NCBI GenBank assembly: GCA_003599505.1
Contig: QZKO01000045.1
Location: 2,535 to 66,534, forward strand
Direction: 5' to 3'
Origin: Nitrospiraceae bacterium
Lineage (GTDB): Bacteria > Nitrospirota > Thermodesulfovibrionia > UBA6902
DNA length: 64,000 bases
Shown: in pieces, positions 61,052-64,000 of the stretch
Position numbering within the stretch: position 1 is the stretch's first letter
Layout: the number at the start of each line of letters is the position of its first letter
The notes under the pieces: model-generated
What the model saw: the letters and a program-made list of their open reading frames with translations, nothing else
Databases searched by the model: none
What the model was told of the DNA's origin: nothing
Program-made: the position numbers and the translations under genes

Positions 61052-62227
61052 TCAAAATGGTAGCACATCTCGCACTAAATACTTCAGAAATTTCGCACTT
61101 GTAGCTGCCGCAAATGATCGATCTATATCAGTTTTGTCCCTGGTCCGATCCATAATCGATTTAACTATAATGGCCTTTGATATCCCGTCGCCCACCGTTT
61201 TGCATGCACGAGCAACAGAATAACTTTCCATATCAACAGCAATAGACTTTCTGTCAGCAGGTGAAATAAGCTCTTTAAATCCGTCCGATTTGTTGAGTAC
61301 GATAGTACCACAAGCCATGGGTTCCATATGAACATTTATGCGCTGGTCACTATATCGCTTAGCCCTGCTCGGATCGTCCTTTTCAACAGATAAGCATAGA
61401 TCTTTTTTACTATCATTAATTTGCTGCAATATTGTTGTATCAATTTCACAGCTTGCGATCTCAGCCTCAAACCCTTTATCCGTCAGTTTTCCCTTCTGGT
61501 AAAGAAAAAGCTTAGTTGCAATAACTATATCGCCCATTTTTATTTTCTTATTATCAGGATTGCCGCCACATACACCAGTCATAGCCATATATTTAGGCGA
61601 GCTTTTTACTATTAATTCAGCCGTAAGGATTCCTGCATCCACTATTCCTGTCTCGGCAAGATAACCGGCAAGAACTTTAATGTTATGCCCCCTTTTTGAG
61701 ACCAACTCTCCACTGTAAAGAATTTTTGTCTCTGTCGAATGAGCGTCGTCTTTCCTTAAGTTGAATTCTTTACTAAGGTTTTCAAATTCATCATCGAAAG
61801 TCGCAGTCAAAATTGCAAGATCGAATATCTGCGGGCTGGTCACTTCTAATGCGGTTTTTGTGTTAACGGGAAATTTGTTGACTTCTTCCTTTTTCAAAAG
61901 GTGCAATGCATACACTTTGACGTTCTTTATTTCGTCATTCCTTTTAAGATCGCTTCTGGTTAGAAATTGAAATATCAATCTATTACTATATTTCTTTAAT
62001 TGATCCGCAAGAGGCTCTCCAGGATACGGCGGCTGCCTGTAGCCCGCATCAAGATGAACCCAAACACGGAACCGCGCGTTGTCTCCCATGATTCCCAAGA
62101 AATCTGTAAATTTTCTTATGTCTGTAAACGTAAGAACATTTAATTCCAGGCTACGCAAATAATTTTCATATTGTCTTATATCATCATCGGCTTTGCTGAT
62201 AATGAAAAAATCCCATATTTGTGACAT
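61052..62227 (-). CDS. Degenerate receiver domain fused to PNP/nucleosidase domain (DtcC-like)
   Basis: N-terminal ADDD, VHLD, GEPLADQLK, FLTRS; C-terminal DLAILTA, MTGVCGG, GDIVIA, AVDMES, IVKSIMD. Confidence 0.78.
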   Translation of the reverse strand: MSQIWDFFIISKADDDIRQYENYLRSLELNVLTFTDIRKFTDFLGIMGDNARFRVWVHLDAGYRQPPYPGEPLADQLKKYSNRLIFQFLTRSDLKRNDEIKNVKVYALHLLKKEEVNKFPVNTKTALEVTSPQIFDLAILTATFDDEFENLSKEFNLRKDDAHSTETKILYSGELVSKRGHNIKVLAGYLAETGIVDAGILTAELIVKSSPKYMAMTGVCGGNPDNKKIKMGDIVIATKLFLYQKGKLTDKGFEAEIASCEIDTTILQQINDSKKDLCLSVEKDDPSRAKRYSDQRINVHMEPMACGTIVLNKSDGFKELISPADRKSIAVDMESYSVARACKTVGDGISKAIIVKSIMDRTRDKTDIDRSFAAATSAKFLKYLVRDVLPF

Positions 62228-62248
62228 CTGATCCTCCTTAATTAATAT

Positions 62249-64000
62249 TTACGTGCGATTTAATAATCTCAATTCAAAGCGTGGTGCCGAATCGAGATTA
62301 TCCATACGAAATCGTCCATTAAATTTCTCTGCAGATTCTTTAATCAACGGGATGCCATGTCCCTCACGATAATCATCTGGAAAAGCTTTGTTTTGTTCAA
62401 TCGTAAAGATGACGAATCCTTCTTCTTTATAGACGTTACAACTGCAAGTCATATTTTCATTCTTCAACGCGTTATTGATAAGTTCTTCAAAAATTCCTCT
62501 TAAACATTCCTTGAAAATAAAAACATAGTCTTTATTTTCTATTAACAGTTTAGAATCATCAATGGCAATATTTTTATCATTTATTCTTGTGAGCATGCTG
62601 TCCTTTACCTTTTTCCAAGTGCCAATTAAATCTACGCGTTCATTTTTTCTGATAAGTTCAGCAAAGGAACCTTTTTGAGATATAACATCGACTTTCAAAG
62701 CTACCAAAGATTCTCGCAGTCTTAGCATGCAATCTTTAAGATGGGCTTCTCTGCCAGTCAACTCTTGAATTAATGCAAAATTATGATCAAGCCGAGCAAA
62801 TAGTTTACATACCGAATTATCTGCTTCAAAGAAGGTTGAGTACAATCTCGGGAAATTGCGCTTTAAAAAATCATTATTATTAAATGATTCAATAAAAACG
62901 TCAATTATCCCTCTAATGTCATTCATTAGTGCTCTATATTCTTTTGAAAACTCTACTAAATCAAACTCGGTTGCTTCACGATTTAAAAAAATCAATAAAT
63001 CTATTAAATCTTTTTCAATTTGAGAATGGTCTGAAGTTAGTATGCCCTCTTTATTAAAAAAATCTACCACACTATTAAATGCCGCCTCAAAAGAACTGCT
63101 ATTCTTAATGATATCGTATGTTTTATATATTTCTTTTAAAATGTTCCAACTATATGTCTTTTGTCCGTTGGTTTCCTCTAAAGCAGTTCTCACCTCATCA
63201 ATTAAATAGGACAAGTTCTTTTGTGATGCGCTTTCAGTATTATTATTTACAATGTCATTCCACAAGATGTAAGCCAAATAATCAAGAGCGCCATTATCAT
63301 CTGCCGCATAAATAAAAATACTTTTCAGAGTCTCCGCCTTATAAAATTCGTGAGAGTTTATAACATAATGAAACCTCAACAACTCTGCCTTTTTCCATCG
63401 GTTATGAATATCTGGCAAACCGTTGCTATAAATTATTTTCGATATGACATTTCTTAGCTCAAGCTTAAGTTCCGGCAAGAATTGATTAATTGAGTTCATA
63501 AGCTGTGGCTCATGCAATAGGACAGCCATAAAAATTTCAAACGTGTCTGTAGTTATTGCAATTTGCTGAAATTCATTTAAGTAATCAGAAAATAATCTGT
63601 ATGTTTCCAGCTTCCCCAATTTGTCTCTAAGCAAGTATGCCTTCTTTAGGTCTATACCGACTGGCAAATAATCGGGGCTTCCACGATAGATGCCTTTATG
63701 GTCTTCTCCTATGTCGTTATTATCATTCAGCGGTGCCCCAGCAGTATCATATTCCTGTAAACCTCTTAGTCTATATGTTAAATATTTCATAACTGATTTT
63801 GGAGGGCTTGGAGCCCGCCTCCTAATACTAATTAACTGGCGTTTTTCCTCACAGAAAGGACACGATGAGCGCGCCGCATAATTTGGAATATGCAAATTAA
63901 CCCCAAAGAATATTTCAATGGGGACCATTCGGATTTCTATTTTGTGCGAACCAGCTTCTTCTTTTATATAGTCTGCTCTTATTTGATGTATCCTTGAAAA
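62249..64000 (-). CDS. Large protein with C-terminal histidine-kinase-like ATPase (DtcA-like); 5' end outside the window
   Basis: Frame open to the window edge (FSRIHQIRADY...); FEELINNALK N-box, GHGIPLI G-box; no TM segment in the visible part. Confidence 0.7.
   Translation of the reverse strand, partial: FSRIHQIRADYIKEEAGSHKIEIRMVPIEIFFGVNLHIPNYAARSSCPFCEEKRQLISIRRRAPSPPKSVMKYLTYRLRGLQEYDTAGAPLNDNNDIGEDHKGIYRGSPDYLPVGIDLKKAYLLRDKLGKLETYRLFSDYLNEFQQIAITTDTFEIFMAVLLHEPQLMNSINQFLPELKLELRNVISKIIYSNGLPDIHNRWKKAELLRFHYVINSHEFYKAETLKSIFIYAADDNGALDYLAYILWNDIVNNNTESASQKNLSYLIDEVRTALEETNGQKTYSWNILKEIYKTYDIIKNSSSFEAAFNSVVDFFNKEGILTSDHSQIEKDLIDLLIFLNREATEFDLVEFSKEYRALMNDIRGIIDVFIESFNNNDFLKRNFPRLYSTFFEADNSVCKLFARLDHNFALIQELTGREAHLKDCMLRLRESLVALKVDVISQKGSFAELIRKNERVDLIGTWKKVKDSMLTRINDKNIAIDDSKLLIENKDYVFIFKECLRGIFEELINNALKNENMTCSCNVYKEEGFVIFTIEQNKAFPDDYREGHGIPLIKESAEKFNGRFRMDNLDSAPRFELRLLNRT

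Noticed and set aside
1..64000. CRISPR array, rRNA, integrase or transposase
   Set aside because: No regularly spaced repeats, rRNA-like stretches or recombinase/transposase motifs were recognised

Overview
Bacterial chromosomal window of moderate GC (about 50% by eye), with three clearly AT-richer islands. Gene content suggests an anaerobic Nitrospirota/Deltaproteobacteria-like organism; this is inference only. Layout: (1) 1-15.5 kb, a surface-glycan locus with a legionaminic-acid-type nonulosonate pathway, Wzx/Wzy-like genes, a methyltransferase and two B12-radical SAM genes. (2) Housekeeping genes: cinA-like, panD, gatC, pcrA, glmS, glmU, tig-clpP-clpX, dciA-like, rpmB, infB-ylxP, rbfA-nrnA-truB. 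(3) An AT-rich island splitting ylxP from rbfA. It holds a type III R-M operon with a CBASS-like CD-NTase + SLATT pair nested between a frameshifted mod and res, an XRE regulator and two PIN toxin-antitoxin pairs. (4) A second island upstream of selA: an unannotated SEC-C mini-ORF, a stand-alone SIR2 gene coupled to a 1061-aa unknown protein, and an XRE/ImmA-IrrE pair. (5) A selenium cluster: selA, tRNA-Sec and an unannotated UGA-readthrough PrdB/GrdB-like selenoprotein with a SECIS-like hairpin, next to a multiheme cytochrome and DsrE. (6) A third island with a type II R-M pair and a Detocs-like kinase / receiver-PNP pair that runs off the window. All family calls come from motif recognition by eye; no searches were run.
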